The notes under the pieces are model-generated. The model was given only the letters and a program-made list of their open reading frames with translations, ran no database searches and was not told the DNA's origin. Below, one piece after another: positions 1 to 9,306 of a DNA stretch of 64,000 bases (its first letter is position 1; each line of letters begins with the position of its first letter). The position numbers and the translations under genes were made by a program. The stretch is from Gemmatimonadales bacterium (GTDB lineage Bacteria > Gemmatimonadota > Gemmatimonadetes > Gemmatimonadales > GWC2-71-9), in assembly GCA_035574255.1 (NCBI GenBank), contig DATLYZ010000102.1, positions 47,194-111,193 of the forward strand. The letters run 5' to 3'.

Positions 1-354
1 GGCTATCTCGGGGCGAACGATCGGTTCATCGACATCCGGGTGTACGATGCGCCCGACCCCATCGCCGAGCTGGAACGGCTGCTGGCGCTGCACAAGCTCC
101 ACTTCTTCCCGAGCGAACCCGCCGACCTGATCCCGATCACACCCGAGATCGTCCGCCGGCTCGAGCCGATCCTGCTTCGAGAACCCCTGGGCCAGCCGGA
201 CAAGTGGTTGAAGGCTCGTCAGGGCCGCGCCACGCCGGCGTTCCTCGAAGCGCTGCGGGATTTCATGTACTGGGAGAACTACGACGTCCGAGTCCGGATG
301 GACGGCCAGATAGACCGGGTCGTGCTGGAGGACATCCTGCGCAAGCGCCGCTAG
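1..354 (+). CDS. C-terminal part of a DUF1028-like protein with a putative peptidoglycan-binding-like tail; the 5' end lies outside the window
   Basis: Frame 1 is open from base 1 to TAG 352-354. The strings DIRVYDAPDPIAELERLL and FMYWENYDVRV resemble my memory of DUF1028 family C-termini. Recognition is by memory only. Confidence 0.45.
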   Translation, partial: GYLGANDRFIDIRVYDAPDPIAELERLLALHKLHFFPSEPADLIPITPEIVRRLEPILLREPLGQPDKWLKARQGRATPAFLEALRDFMYWENYDVRVRMDGQIDRVVLEDILRKRR

Positions 355-404
355 GCTCTGGCACCCCGGCCCGCCCCCCCCACGTTCTCGCAAGGAGCAC
401 TGCC

Positions 405-1967
405 TTGGCCACCGCGACCACTCCCGATCAGACCGCCGTCCCCGGTTCTCCCCGCGCCCCGGACGACCGCGCGTTCTTCGGGCATCCCCGCGGCCTCTCG
501 ACCCTCTTCTTCACCGAGATGTGGGAGCGCTTCACCTATTACGGGATGCGCGCCATTCTCATCCTGTTCATGACGGCGCCCGCGGCGGCAGGGGGGCTGG
601 GGTTCGACACCGGCAAGGCCGGGGTGATCTACGGGACCTATACCGCGTTCGTCTACCTCATGTCCCTGCCCGGCGGGTGGGTGGCCGACCGGTTTCTCGG
701 CCAGCGGAGAGCTACCCTCTATGGGGGCACCGTCATCATGCTGGGCAACCTCTGCCTGGCGATTCCTTCGGCCGAACTCTTCTACCCCGGGCTCTTCCTC
801 ATCATCATCGGCACCGGGCTGCTCAAGCCGAATGTGAGTGTCATGGTGGGCCAGCTCTACGGGCAGGAGGACCACCGCCGGGATTCGGCCTTTTCCATCT
901 TCTACATGGGGATCAACCTCGGCGCGTTTCTCTCCCCACTGGTCTGCGGGTGGCTGGCCCAGAGCAGCCAGTTCCGGGGGGTCCTGGCCGGTCTCGGACT
1001 CCGGCCGGAGCACTCCTGGCACTGGGGGTTCGGGGCGGCCGCGCTGGGCATGCTGTTCGGCCTGATCCAGTACCTGATGGGGTGGAAACACCTGGGCGAG
1101 GCGGGGATGCACCCGGCGCCCGCGAAGAGCCCGGAGGATGCGGCACGGGCGCGGCGCCTGCTCCGCAACGGGGTCCTGCTCTCCGTGGGGCTCTTCGGGC
1201 TCCTGGCCGTGCTTTCGGGTACCGGGGTGCTCGAGGTCACGCCTGAGCGCGTGGGGAACTGGTTCGGGGTCCTGCTCTTCGGGACGGCGATCGGCTTCTT
1301 TGTGTGGCTCTTCGCCTCGGGCGGCTGGACCCGCGCCGAGCGCAAGCGGCTGGTGGTGATCGCGGTCCTCTTCTTCGGTGCCGCGGTGTTCTGGTCGGTG
1401 TTCGAGCAGGCGGGGTCCACGCTCAACCTGTTCGCGGAGCGGAGCACGGCCAACACCCTCTTCGGCTTCGATTTCCCGGCGAGCTGGTTCCAGTCGCTGA
1501 ACGCCCTCTTCATCATCGTGCTCGCGCCGGTGTTCGCGGCACTCTGGGTGAAGCTGGGCTCGCGCAACCCCTCGAGTCCGGCCAAGTTCACGGTGGGGCT
1601 GTTCTTCGTGGCCCTGGGCTTCGCCGTGCTCATCGTGGCGGCCCAGCTCGCCGCCGCCGGCCAGCGGGTGAGCCCGCTCTGGCTCACGGTGACCTACCTC
1701 CTCCACACCATCGGCGAACTCTGCTTGAGCCCGGTGGGGCTCTCGGCCATGACCCGACTCGCGCCCGCCCGGGTGGCGGGCCTCATGATGGGCGTCTGGT
1801 TCCTCGCGGCCTCGGTGGGCAACTACCTGGGCGGCCGGATCGCGGGGTTCTACGAGGCGTTCTCGCTCTCGGGGCTCTTCACTGCGGTGACCCTCTACGC
1901 CCTCGCGGCGGCGCTGGTCATGGCCGCGCTGGTGCGCCCGATCCGGCGGATGATGGAACGCGAGTGA
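405..1967 (+). CDS. POT/PTR2 family proton-dependent di/tripeptide transporter
   Basis: PTR2 signature FFGHPRGLSTLFFTEMWERFTYYGMRAILILFM and a multi-TM profile. I place the start at TTG 405, 7 nt after AAGGAG (392-397). The 204-404 extension in the ORF track is Pro/Arg-rich junk. Confidence 0.88.
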   Translation: MATATTPDQTAVPGSPRAPDDRAFFGHPRGLSTLFFTEMWERFTYYGMRAILILFMTAPAAAGGLGFDTGKAGVIYGTYTAFVYLMSLPGGWVADRFLGQRRATLYGGTVIMLGNLCLAIPSAELFYPGLFLIIIGTGLLKPNVSVMVGQLYGQEDHRRDSAFSIFYMGINLGAFLSPLVCGWLAQSSQFRGVLAGLGLRPEHSWHWGFGAAALGMLFGLIQYLMGWKHLGEAGMHPAPAKSPEDAARARRLLRNGVLLSVGLFGLLAVLSGTGVLEVTPERVGNWFGVLLFGTAIGFFVWLFASGGWTRAERKRLVVIAVLFFGAAVFWSVFEQAGSTLNLFAERSTANTLFGFDFPASWFQSLNALFIIVLAPVFAALWVKLGSRNPSSPAKFTVGLFFVALGFAVLIVAAQLAAAGQRVSPLWLTVTYLLHTIGELCLSPVGLSAMTRLAPARVAGLMMGVWFLAASVGNYLGGRIAGFYEAFSLSGLFTAVTLYALAAALVMAALVRPIRRMMERE

Positions 1968-1970
1968 CCG

Positions 1971-2993
1971 TCACCGCACGCCGGTTCCGGCACCCTTGAA
2001 CACCCGGAACAGGTAGCGGAGCGACGGCACCAGCACGAGCCCGCCGGCGGCGAGCGCCGCCGCGGTGAGGCCCAGCGTGAGCGCCGGGGCGGCCGCCCCG
2101 GTGACCGTGAGGTCCGGCGGGAGCAGATAGGGGTACTGCGCCAGCGCCCAGCCCCAGAGGATGGCCGTGACCTGGGCTGCGGCGGCCAGGCGGGCCAGCC
2201 CATAGCGGCGGCGATGGAGCGCGGCGAGCGCGGTGACGGCGGCGATGGCCGTGAGCGCGTGGACCAGGACCGCCTGGGGCCGGGCCATGAGTCCGCGCCA
2301 CATGAGCGGCGCATCGCGCCAGGCCAGCACGATCGTGAGCACCGCGACCCCGAAGGCCGCGATCCCGGCGGCGAGGGCCCGGCGCCGGAAGTCCTCCTGG
2401 AGCGCCGGCTCCCCCCGGGCTTCCAGGGTGAGGTAGACCGCGGCCAGGAAGGCGAACAGGACCAGGGTAAAGAGTCCCACTCCCCAGGCGAAGGGTGTGA
2501 ACCAGGGGGTCACGTAGTCGGCGAGGAAGCTCTGTCCCGCCGGCGAGCGGACCCGCCCGGCCGCGATCGTCCCGACGGCCACGCCAAGGAGCAGCGGCGT
2601 GACCAGGCTCGCCACGGCGAAGACCCGGCCCCAGCGGCGTTCCGCGGCGCTCGATTCGCTGCCGTAGCTCCGGAAGGTGAAGGCCGACCCGCGAAGGACG
2701 ATGCCCACCAGCACCAGCGAGAGCGGGATGTGCATCGCGATCGCGAGCCGGGCGAACACCCCGGGGAAACAGGTGAACAGCAGGACGACCACCACGATGA
2801 GCCAGACGTGATTGGCCTCCCAGACCGGGCCCATCGCGTGGATGATGAGGTCGCGCTGCCGGTCGCGGCGGGGGCCGCGGGCGAAGAGGTCCCAGACGCC
2901 GCCGCCGAAATCGGCGCCGCCCAGGAGCACATAGGCGTTGAGCGCGAGGATGATCGCGACCGCCAGCAGGTGGGCGAGGGCGTCGTGGGACAC
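1971..2993 (-). CDS. cydB: cytochrome bd ubiquinol oxidase subunit II
   Basis: N-terminus AVAIILALNAYVLLGGADFGGGVWDL, about 8 TM segments, and a start 3 nt after the cydA stop. Confidence 0.9.
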   Translation of the reverse strand: MSHDALAHLLAVAIILALNAYVLLGGADFGGGVWDLFARGPRRDRQRDLIIHAMGPVWEANHVWLIVVVVLLFTCFPGVFARLAIAMHIPLSLVLVGIVLRGSAFTFRSYGSESSAAERRWGRVFAVASLVTPLLLGVAVGTIAAGRVRSPAGQSFLADYVTPWFTPFAWGVGLFTLVLFAFLAAVYLTLEARGEPALQEDFRRRALAAGIAAFGVAVLTIVLAWRDAPLMWRGLMARPQAVLVHALTAIAAVTALAALHRRRYGLARLAAAAQVTAILWGWALAQYPYLLPPDLTVTGAAAPALTLGLTAAALAAGGLVLVPSLRYLFRVFKGAGTGVR

Positions 2994-2996
2994 GCG

Positions 2997-4346
2997 TCAG
3001 CCTTGCGCGCCGGACGCCGTCCCGGGCCGGTAGAGCCGGGTCCATTCCCGGTGGCCGGGGCTCCGGACGATCTGGGAATAGAGGAGCCACCCGACGACCA
3101 CGCCGAGAAAGACATAGAGCAGCGTGAAGAAGGTGAAGGGTACCACCAGGCCGGGCATGGGGGTCACCGCTTCGCTCGTCTTCATCACGCCACGGATGAT
3201 CCACGGCTGGCGGCCGACCTCGGTCACCGTCCAGCCGGCCTCCACCGCGAGGAACCCCATGGGCCCGGCGAGGGCGATGGCCTGGAGCAGCCGCCGGTTG
3301 CTGGCGATGTCCCGACGCCGCCAGGCGGCCCAGGCCACCCAGAGCCCCACCAGCGCCAGGTAAGTCCCCAGAGCCACCATGATCTGGAACGCCGCGTGGA
3401 CGATGGGGACGGGGGGCCACTCCTCGCGGGGTGCCGTGTCGAGTCCCTTCACCTCCGCGTCCGGGTCGTGATAGGCGAGCAGGGAGAGGCCGCCCGGGAT
3501 CTCGATCGCGTACCGCACCCGCCCCGCCTCGACGTCGGGCCACCCGCCGATCAGCAGCGGGGCGCCCCGGCGGGTCTCGAACAGGGCTTCCGCCGCGGCC
3601 AGCTTGATCGGCTGCTCCCGGGCCAGGGAGCGGGCGCTGAGATCGCCCGAGAGGGGCTGGAGGATCGCGGCGGGAGCGCCTAACGCCAGACCGAGGGCGA
3701 GCGCGCGGCGATGGAAGGCGTTGAGGGGGTCGAGGAGCAGCATGACCGCGTGAATGCCGGCCACCGCGAACCCGGTCGCGGTGTAAGCCGCCAGCGTCAT
3801 GTGCAGCGTCTGCTGGAAGGCGGCGCGGTTCGCCATGGCCCGGAGCGGGTCGAGGTTCGCGATCTGGCCGTGCTCCAGCGTGAAGCCGGCGGGGGCGTTC
3901 ATCCAGGCGTTGGCGATCACCACGAAAATGCCCGACACCGCACCGCTCACCGCGACCAGGATCCCGGCGGCGAGGTGGGCGCGGGGCGGAATCCGATCCC
4001 AGCCGTAGAGGTAGACGCCCAGGAAGATCGCCTCGGTGAAGAAGGCGAATCCTTCCAGCGAGAACGGCATGCCGATGATCGGGCCGGCCAGCTCCATGAA
4101 CCGGGGCCAGAGCAGCCCCAGCTCGAAGCTGAGCACCGTGCCGGACACCGCGCCCACCGCGAAGAGGATGGCGGTACCTTTCGCCCACCGCCTGGCGAGC
4201 TCCAGGTACACCGGGTCGCCGGTCGTGTGCCAGCGCCGTTCCGCCAGCACCATCAACACCGGCATGCCGATCCCCACGACGGCGAACACGATGTGAAACG
4301 CCAGCGACATGGCCATCTGGGCGCGCGCGGCGAGGAGATCCGGCAT
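2997..4346 (-). CDS. cydA: cytochrome bd ubiquinol oxidase subunit I
   Basis: N-terminus LLAARAQMAMSLAFHIVFAVVGIGMPVLM, 449 aa, adjacent to cydB. Confidence 0.9.
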   Translation of the reverse strand: MPDLLAARAQMAMSLAFHIVFAVVGIGMPVLMVLAERRWHTTGDPVYLELARRWAKGTAILFAVGAVSGTVLSFELGLLWPRFMELAGPIIGMPFSLEGFAFFTEAIFLGVYLYGWDRIPPRAHLAAGILVAVSGAVSGIFVVIANAWMNAPAGFTLEHGQIANLDPLRAMANRAAFQQTLHMTLAAYTATGFAVAGIHAVMLLLDPLNAFHRRALALGLALGAPAAILQPLSGDLSARSLAREQPIKLAAAEALFETRRGAPLLIGGWPDVEAGRVRYAIEIPGGLSLLAYHDPDAEVKGLDTAPREEWPPVPIVHAAFQIMVALGTYLALVGLWVAWAAWRRRDIASNRRLLQAIALAGPMGFLAVEAGWTVTEVGRQPWIIRGVMKTSEAVTPMPGLVVPFTFFTLLYVFLGVVVGWLLYSQIVRSPGHREWTRLYRPGTASGAQG

Positions 4347-4350
4347 ACCC

Positions 4351-4881
4351 CTACTCGACCGGCCAGGTGAGCGGCAACTCGGCGCAAGCGATCCGGCGGC
4401 CGGCGTTGCCGGCCGGATCGGTCACCTCGTCGTCGGGCTCGGCATGGATGACCAGGGCCAGGCCCGGTGATCCCGGTGGGGCGGGGGAGGCCCCGGGCAG
4501 GGTCACGACCGCCCGACCCAGGCCGGAGGCATCCACCACCAGGTTCGCAAGGTCGCCCCGATGGGGCCCGGCGGGATTGCGCCGGCCGTGCTGTTTGCCC
4601 GTCGGATTGTCATGGGGGCCCGCGGAAGCGAAATCCGGCGGCAGGCAGCGACCCACCTGGTGCACATGGAACCCGTGGAGGCCCGGGCTGAGTCCCCGCA
4701 CCTCGAGCGTGAGCCGCACCGCCGACCGCTCGCGGGCCAGGCGGACCTCTCCGATCGTCGTGCCGGCGGTGTCCCGGACGGCGATCGGGGCAGGCACGGG
4801 CGCCGAGCCCGCGGGCCCGTGCCCGCACCCGAGCCCCAGGGCCAACCCGGCCGCGAGCCCGGCGGCAGCCGGACGGGTCAT
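4351..4881 (-). CDS. sodC: periplasmic Cu/Zn superoxide dismutase, probable lipoprotein
   Basis: Motifs GFHVHQVGRC and GPHRGDLANLVVDASG. The internal ATG 4881 gives the signal peptide MTRPAAAGLAAGLALGLGCG. The ATGA overlaps the upstream stop. Confidence 0.85.
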   Translation of the reverse strand: MTRPAAAGLAAGLALGLGCGHGPAGSAPVPAPIAVRDTAGTTIGEVRLARERSAVRLTLEVRGLSPGLHGFHVHQVGRCLPPDFASAGPHDNPTGKQHGRRNPAGPHRGDLANLVVDASGLGRAVVTLPGASPAPPGSPGLALVIHAEPDDEVTDPAGNAGRRIACAELPLTWPVE

Positions 4882-5375
4882 ACCGGGCCGGCCTCGGCGA
4901 GGAGTCCCGCGAGATCGAGCGGACGCGTGACCATCAGGAGCTGCCCCTCCGCGGTGGCGGGCCACTGCTCCCGCGGGCGGTCGCAATACAGCTCGAGTCC
5001 GTTCTGGTCCGGATCCTCGAGATACACCGCCTCGCTCACTCCATGGTCGGCCGCGCCATGGAGCGGGACGCCAGCCTCCAGGAGCCGCCGGATCGCGTCG
5101 GCCAGCGTGCGGCGGTCCGGGTAGCGGATGGCCACATGGTAGAGCCCGGTATGTCCGGGCGGCGGCGGCGAACCGCCCCGGCTCTCCCAGGTGTTGAGGC
5201 CAATGTGATGATGGTATCCCCCGGCGCTCACGAAGGCCGCTTCCGTGCCCAGGCGCGCCATGAGCGCAAAGCCGAGCACGCCGCAGTAGAACTCCAGCGC
5301 GCGGCCCAGGTCGGACACCTTCAGGTGGACGTGGCCGATGTCCACCCGCGGATCGATCGGGCGGGGGGCGGTCAC
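4878..5375 (-). CDS. VOC (glyoxalase/extradiol dioxygenase-like) family protein
   Basis: DIGHVHLKVSDLGRALEFYCGVLGF and GYHHHIGLNTW are typical of VOC proteins. The GTG start at 5375 forms a GTGA overlap with the upstream stop. The longer ORF-track N-terminus overlaps the upstream gene. Confidence 0.75.
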   Translation of the reverse strand: MTAPRPIDPRVDIGHVHLKVSDLGRALEFYCGVLGFALMARLGTEAAFVSAGGYHHHIGLNTWESRGGSPPPPGHTGLYHVAIRYPDRRTLADAIRRLLEAGVPLHGAADHGVSEAVYLEDPDQNGLELYCDRPREQWPATAEGQLLMVTRPLDLAGLLAEAGPV

Positions 5376-5905
5376 TCGCAGCGGAGCGTGTCGGAGCGGT
5401 CGGCGAAACGCACTGGAAGCGCCGTGCGGGGGAGGCGGGCCAGGTCCACCGGCGAGGTCACCACCTGCGGGACCACGCACCCGGCGCCGGGCACCACGGT
5501 CCGGACGGTTACCGTCACCGCCTGATCGTCCTGCTGGGCCGCTTCGAGCCGGATGGCATAGCCGCCCGAGGGCTGGCGCCCCATCGCCGCCACGAGGACC
5601 ACCTCGCGACTGAAGTCCACCGCCGCAAGCGGCGGCTCGGGCGCCAGGGTGGCGTGGACGGTGTGCCAAACGGATTGCCAGGTGGCCTGATCGGTGACGA
5701 CCAGGCGTTCCGCCTGGTGGTAGCCCGAGACCGGCGAGTAGGCCTGGGAGTCGGGACGGAATCGGGCGAGCGGAATCACCGAGGTCGTCGGGTTACCGCT
5801 TCCCGGCTGGCCTCCCGGGCTCTGGGAGACCGGCCCATCGGGAGCACCGGAACCGGCACAGCCGGCCAGCGCGAGCGCGAGGCCGGTCAGGAGACGTCTG
5901 TCCAT
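5372..5905 (-). CDS. PrcB-like (protease complex subunit PrcB C-terminal domain) lipoprotein
   Basis: Lipobox LALALAGCAG and a core VVLVAAMGRQPSGGYAIRLE resembling PrcB_C. GGAGGA lies 3 nt before the ATG (plus-strand 5909-5914). Confidence 0.55.
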   Translation of the reverse strand: MDRRLLTGLALALAGCAGSGAPDGPVSQSPGGQPGSGNPTTSVIPLARFRPDSQAYSPVSGYHQAERLVVTDQATWQSVWHTVHATLAPEPPLAAVDFSREVVLVAAMGRQPSGGYAIRLEAAQQDDQAVTVTVRTVVPGAGCVVPQVVTSPVDLARLPRTALPVRFADRSDTLRCE

Positions 5906-5935
5906 GGGTCCTCCGGAGAACGAGCTCGATCGGGG

Positions 5936-5964
5936 CTTATAAAGGGTAAACCGGAAACAGTCAA
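5936..5964 (-). promoter_or_regulatory. sigma-70-type promoter candidate TTGACT-N17-TATAAG for the PrcB-like/VOC/sodC/cydAB operon
   Basis: The reverse complement reads TTGACTgtttccggtttaccctTATAAG about 30 nt upstream of ATG 5905. It sits in an AT-richer island of a GC-rich genome. Confidence 0.5.
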
Positions 5965-5979
5965 CGGTGAACAGTCAAC
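5945..5979 (-). repeat. five heptad-phased units (GTTGACT GTTCACC GTTGACT GTTTCCG GTTTACC on the minus strand)
   Basis: Counted directly: plus-strand AAC recurs every 7 nt at 5949-5979. Two of the units are the -35-like TTGACT. Confidence 0.8.
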
Positions 5980-6138
5980 CGGTGGGGCCGGCGGGCGGTG
6001 GGACCGGGGGGCGGGGCACCCCCGCGGGGGTCCCCGGCTGGTCCCGGTGACCCCGCTGGTCTCCGAGGCTTGTCAGGCGATCGTTACGCCCCCCCCCCAC
6101 CCCCCGCGGGAGCCGGGGCCGGAGCCCCGGGGCGCGTA

Positions 6139-6651
6139 TCAGCGCGGTTTCGGCTGGCTCTCGGCTCGCCGCAGGGCCCCGAGTTCGCGGAGCCGGTCGT
6201 CGCGCTCCCGCATGAGCCAGTAGGTGGCGCCCAGCGCCAGGGTCAGGGCGGCCAGCGCGGCGGCGGTGCCGGGGCCGGTCTGGCTGAGATCCATCACGAT
6301 GACCTTCCGGGCCAGCGCCAGGAGCGCGATGAGGATGACGACCTTGGCCTGGATGATCCCCCGCTCGCGCGAGACCACGTACTGCAGCGTGTGGTTGAAC
6401 TCGAGCGCGATCAGCAACGTCATGATCTCGCCGAAGACGTGCTGGAAGACCGCGTGGTCCAGCGGATTGAGCGTGCGCAGCACCAGCGTGTCCACCACGC
6501 TCACGATGAGGCGGTACAGGGCCACCAGGATGACGACCGCGATCACTGCGCGGAGCAGCAGGGCCACGGCCACTTCGAAGCGCTCGTAGAGCGTGAGCAG
6601 TGCCCAGCCCCGCCGGAGACCGTTCCAGTCGGCCGGAAGTCGTTTCGCCAT
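6139..6651 (-). CDS. psiE: PsiE-family (phosphate-starvation-inducible) membrane protein
   Basis: Four TM segments and FGEIMTLLIALEFNHTLQYV...LIALLALARKVIVMD, similar to PsiE as I recall it. Confidence 0.6.
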   Translation of the reverse strand: MAKRLPADWNGLRRGWALLTLYERFEVAVALLLRAVIAVVILVALYRLIVSVVDTLVLRTLNPLDHAVFQHVFGEIMTLLIALEFNHTLQYVVSRERGIIQAKVVILIALLALARKVIVMDLSQTGPGTAAALAALTLALGATYWLMRERDDRLRELGALRRAESQPKPR

Positions 6652-6697
6652 AGCGCCTCCCGTCGGCCCCGAAGATAATGGGGCCGGGCCCGGCGGC

Positions 6698-8353
6698 CTA
6701 CGGCGTGTAGACGAACAGGGTGCCGACGGCGTTCCCGGCCAGCCGGTGGAGTCCGGGGATCCGCTCGAACCTGGCCGGTTCCTGGTCCCGCCGCACGAAC
6801 ACGATGGTGACCCCCGCGCGCCGCAGGAACTCGGCTCCCTTGACCGGGTCCGCCTCGGCGAAGAAGGTGTTCACCTCCTCCCGCTTTCGGGCGTAATCCG
6901 GGGTGAGGGCGTAGTGTCCGGCGTAGAGCCGGCCCGGAAAGCCCTGGGTGAGCCACAGGTCGTCGGTGCGCCACGGCACCCGCGACTTGTCCACGATCAG
7001 CACGTCGTGTTCCGTGGCCTGCCGGCGGAGTGCCGTGACCAGCTCCTGATGGTCCGGACTCATCCAGGTGTAGGCGGGTGGGGCGCCGCTCGGATGGTGG
7101 GAGAAACTCATGTTGGTGAGGAGCCGCTTCACCTGCCAGATCGGGGTGGCCGCGAGCAGGGCCACCGCGAGCAGGGCGTGGCTCGGCGCGACCCGCGGCC
7201 GCCACGAGAAGTAGATGGCGCCTGCCACGATCGTGAGCGGGATCTGCAGGGTGAGGGTGCCGCGATCCGGATACGGGTAAAACGGCCCCGACAGCGTGAG
7301 GACGGTGCACCCCAGGATCCAGCCGAGGAGGAAGCACTCCTTGAGCCCGGCGGTCCGCCAGTAGCGTCCCAGGCCCCAGGCGAGGAGGCCCCAGGCCAGC
7401 GGATACGCGAGCGCCAGCTCGGAGGCGTAGATGCTCTGGGCCCGCCAGTCCGGAATCCGCAGGCCGGAGTGCCGGTAGAGGAGCATTTGCCAGAGAATGG
7501 CGGCGCCCGCCGCCGCCGCGCAGACGGCCAGCGTGATCGCGGCGTGCCGCACCGGGAGGCCGCGCAGCCGGAGCACCGCCACCACGCCGGCGGCGATGAA
7601 GACCAGCGTCACCCCGTCGTAGATATGGAGCACGGTGGCGGCTCCGAAGGCCAGGCCGGCGGCGAGGAGGCGCGGGACGGTGAAGTGCGCCACGGCCCGG
7701 TAGAGGGCCACGATGGCGAGGAGGGCGGTGCAGAGGAAAAAGAGAAAATGGGTGTCGAAGAGGGTCGTGAAGAGGTAATGACTTCGGTATTCCTCGAAGA
7801 CGATGGCGTTGCGGAGCCCTTCGCTCACGATGCGCGCGAAGAGGGTATTGCCCCGCAGGGCGTCCACCTCGTCGAGGAGCATCAGGTGGGCCCCCAGCCC
7901 GCCGCCGAAGAGGAGCGCGAGGTAGACCCACCAGGTCTGGTAGCGGGAGGCCAGGAAGTGATCCACGATCCAGAACGTCCCGAGGGCGAGGACGGCGGCC
8001 AGCACCATGCCGACGTAGGCGGCCACGTACGCTTCCCGGGCGTGGAGCCAGCGGGCGAGCCGGCCGATCCCGTAATAGAAGAACATGGCGATGTGCGGCC
8101 GGTTCGGCTCGGTGGTGAGGCGGTTCTCCACGATCGGCCCCACCGCCTGGGTCCGTTCCATCAGGATCCGGTACTGCATTTCGTCAGGCGAGCCGGTGAG
8201 ATTCCCGGTGAACACCCAGCCCGGAGGGGTGGCCCGCTGGGTGGCCCAGAAGGGCGCCATGTGCGTGAGGGCGGCGACGGCCGCCACGGCGAGCAGCGCC
8301 GCCGGCAGGTGGCGCCGGAGGCCGCGGGGGGAAGGGGCAGCGGGCTCGGCCAC
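6698..8353 (-). CDS. large polytopic membrane protein, possibly a GT-C-fold glycosyltransferase (uncharacterised)
   Basis: 551 aa, at least 10 TM segments, an early loop with SPDEMQY and a soluble C-terminal domain. It starts 2 nt after the epimerase stop. The functional call is contextual. Confidence 0.45.
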   Translation of the reverse strand: MAEPAAPSPRGLRRHLPAALLAVAAVAALTHMAPFWATQRATPPGWVFTGNLTGSPDEMQYRILMERTQAVGPIVENRLTTEPNRPHIAMFFYYGIGRLARWLHAREAYVAAYVGMVLAAVLALGTFWIVDHFLASRYQTWWVYLALLFGGGLGAHLMLLDEVDALRGNTLFARIVSEGLRNAIVFEEYRSHYLFTTLFDTHFLFFLCTALLAIVALYRAVAHFTVPRLLAAGLAFGAATVLHIYDGVTLVFIAAGVVAVLRLRGLPVRHAAITLAVCAAAAGAAILWQMLLYRHSGLRIPDWRAQSIYASELALAYPLAWGLLAWGLGRYWRTAGLKECFLLGWILGCTVLTLSGPFYPYPDRGTLTLQIPLTIVAGAIYFSWRPRVAPSHALLAVALLAATPIWQVKRLLTNMSFSHHPSGAPPAYTWMSPDHQELVTALRRQATEHDVLIVDKSRVPWRTDDLWLTQGFPGRLYAGHYALTPDYARKREEVNTFFAEADPVKGAEFLRRAGVTIVFVRRDQEPARFERIPGLHRLAGNAVGTLFVYTP

Positions 8354-8355
8354 GG

Positions 8356-9306
8356 TCAGGCTCCTTGCCGGATGGCCTCGATCACGGCGTCAATGTCGGT
8401 GGCGAGGCTCCGCTCCGGCCGGTAGCCGAGCCGGGCCCGGGCCGCGCGAATGTCGGCCACGGAATGGCGCAACTCGCCCTCCTGCGCCGGGGCGTGGACC
8501 ACCTGCACCGAGGGGGCGATCCGGTCCACCAGCAGCCGGGCCAGCTCCAGGACGGTGGTGCCGGTGCCCGTCCCCAGGTTGTAGACGCCGGGCGGACCGT
8601 CGAGTGCGGCGACGGTCCCCCGGGCGATGTCCTCCACGTGGACGAAGTCCCGCCGCTGGAGCCCGTCGCCGAAGATCACGGGCGGCTCCCCGCGGAGGAG
8701 CCGGGTCACGAAGATCGTGATCACCCCGACGTACGGGGTGAAACGCTGGCCCGGGCCGAAGGTGTTGAAGTACCGGAGCGCCGTGAACGCGATGCCCATG
8801 CGCTGGAGCACCTGGGCCGCGAGCAGCTCGGCTGTGAGCTTCCCCACCCCGTAGGGCGAGAGGGGCCGGCAGGGATGGTCCTCGCTCACCGGGCGGCCCG
8901 GCTCGGACTCGGCGTACACCGCCATGCTGGACGCGAGCACGAAGTGCCGGACCGCCCCGTCGAGCGAGCGGAGCAGATTGGCCGTGCCCAGGATGTTGGT
9001 CGAAACGTCGTCGTAGAAGTGCTCGAAGCTCCCCCGGACCGAGACCTTGGCCGCGAGGTGGAACACCGCCTCGGCGCCCTCGAGCGCGCTCCGCACCATC
9101 GCCGGGTCCCGCACGTCCCCCACCACCAGCCGCGCCTCCGGCGGAACCGCCGCCCGGGTCCCCGTGGAGAGATCGTCCAGCACCGTGACCGCGATGCCCC
9201 GCGCCAAGAGCAGCCGGACCACCCGGGAGCCGATGAACCCCGCGCCCCCCGTGACCAGCGCCCGCCGGAACCGGGGGGGGGCTACGGGCGCGCCAGCGGC
9301 TTGCAT
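8356..9306 (-). CDS. NAD-dependent nucleotide-sugar epimerase/dehydratase (GalE-like SDR)
   Basis: Rossmann motif VTGGAGFIGSRVV and catalytic-region motif SPYGVGK (the YxxxK). Confidence 0.85.
   Translation of the reverse strand: MQAAGAPVAPPRFRRALVTGGAGFIGSRVVRLLLARGIAVTVLDDLSTGTRAAVPPEARLVVGDVRDPAMVRSALEGAEAVFHLAAKVSVRGSFEHFYDDVSTNILGTANLLRSLDGAVRHFVLASSMAVYAESEPGRPVSEDHPCRPLSPYGVGKLTAELLAAQVLQRMGIAFTALRYFNTFGPGQRFTPYVGVITIFVTRLLRGEPPVIFGDGLQRRDFVHVEDIARGTVAALDGPPGVYNLGTGTGTTVLELARLLVDRIAPSVQVVHAPAQEGELRHSVADIRAARARLGYRPERSLATDIDAVIEAIRQGA

Noticed and set aside
204-404. 67-codon N-terminal extension of the POT transporter ORF.
   Set aside because: It overlaps the end of the upstream gene and is Pro/Arg/Gly-rich. 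A TTG with a well-spaced AAGGAG at 392-397 gives an N-terminus of normal length before the PTR2 motif.
1918-4188. 756-aa ORF on the minus strand overlapping cydA/cydB in another frame. Similar giants lie at 48336-51635 (1099 aa), 52686-55193 (835 aa), 36585-39095 (836 aa) and 41312-43282 (656 aa).
   Set aside because: Their translations are Arg/Pro/Gly-rich low-complexity sequence with no motifs. They lie antisense to, or out of frame with, genes that have clear family signatures. This is the expected artefact of a roughly 70% GC sequence.
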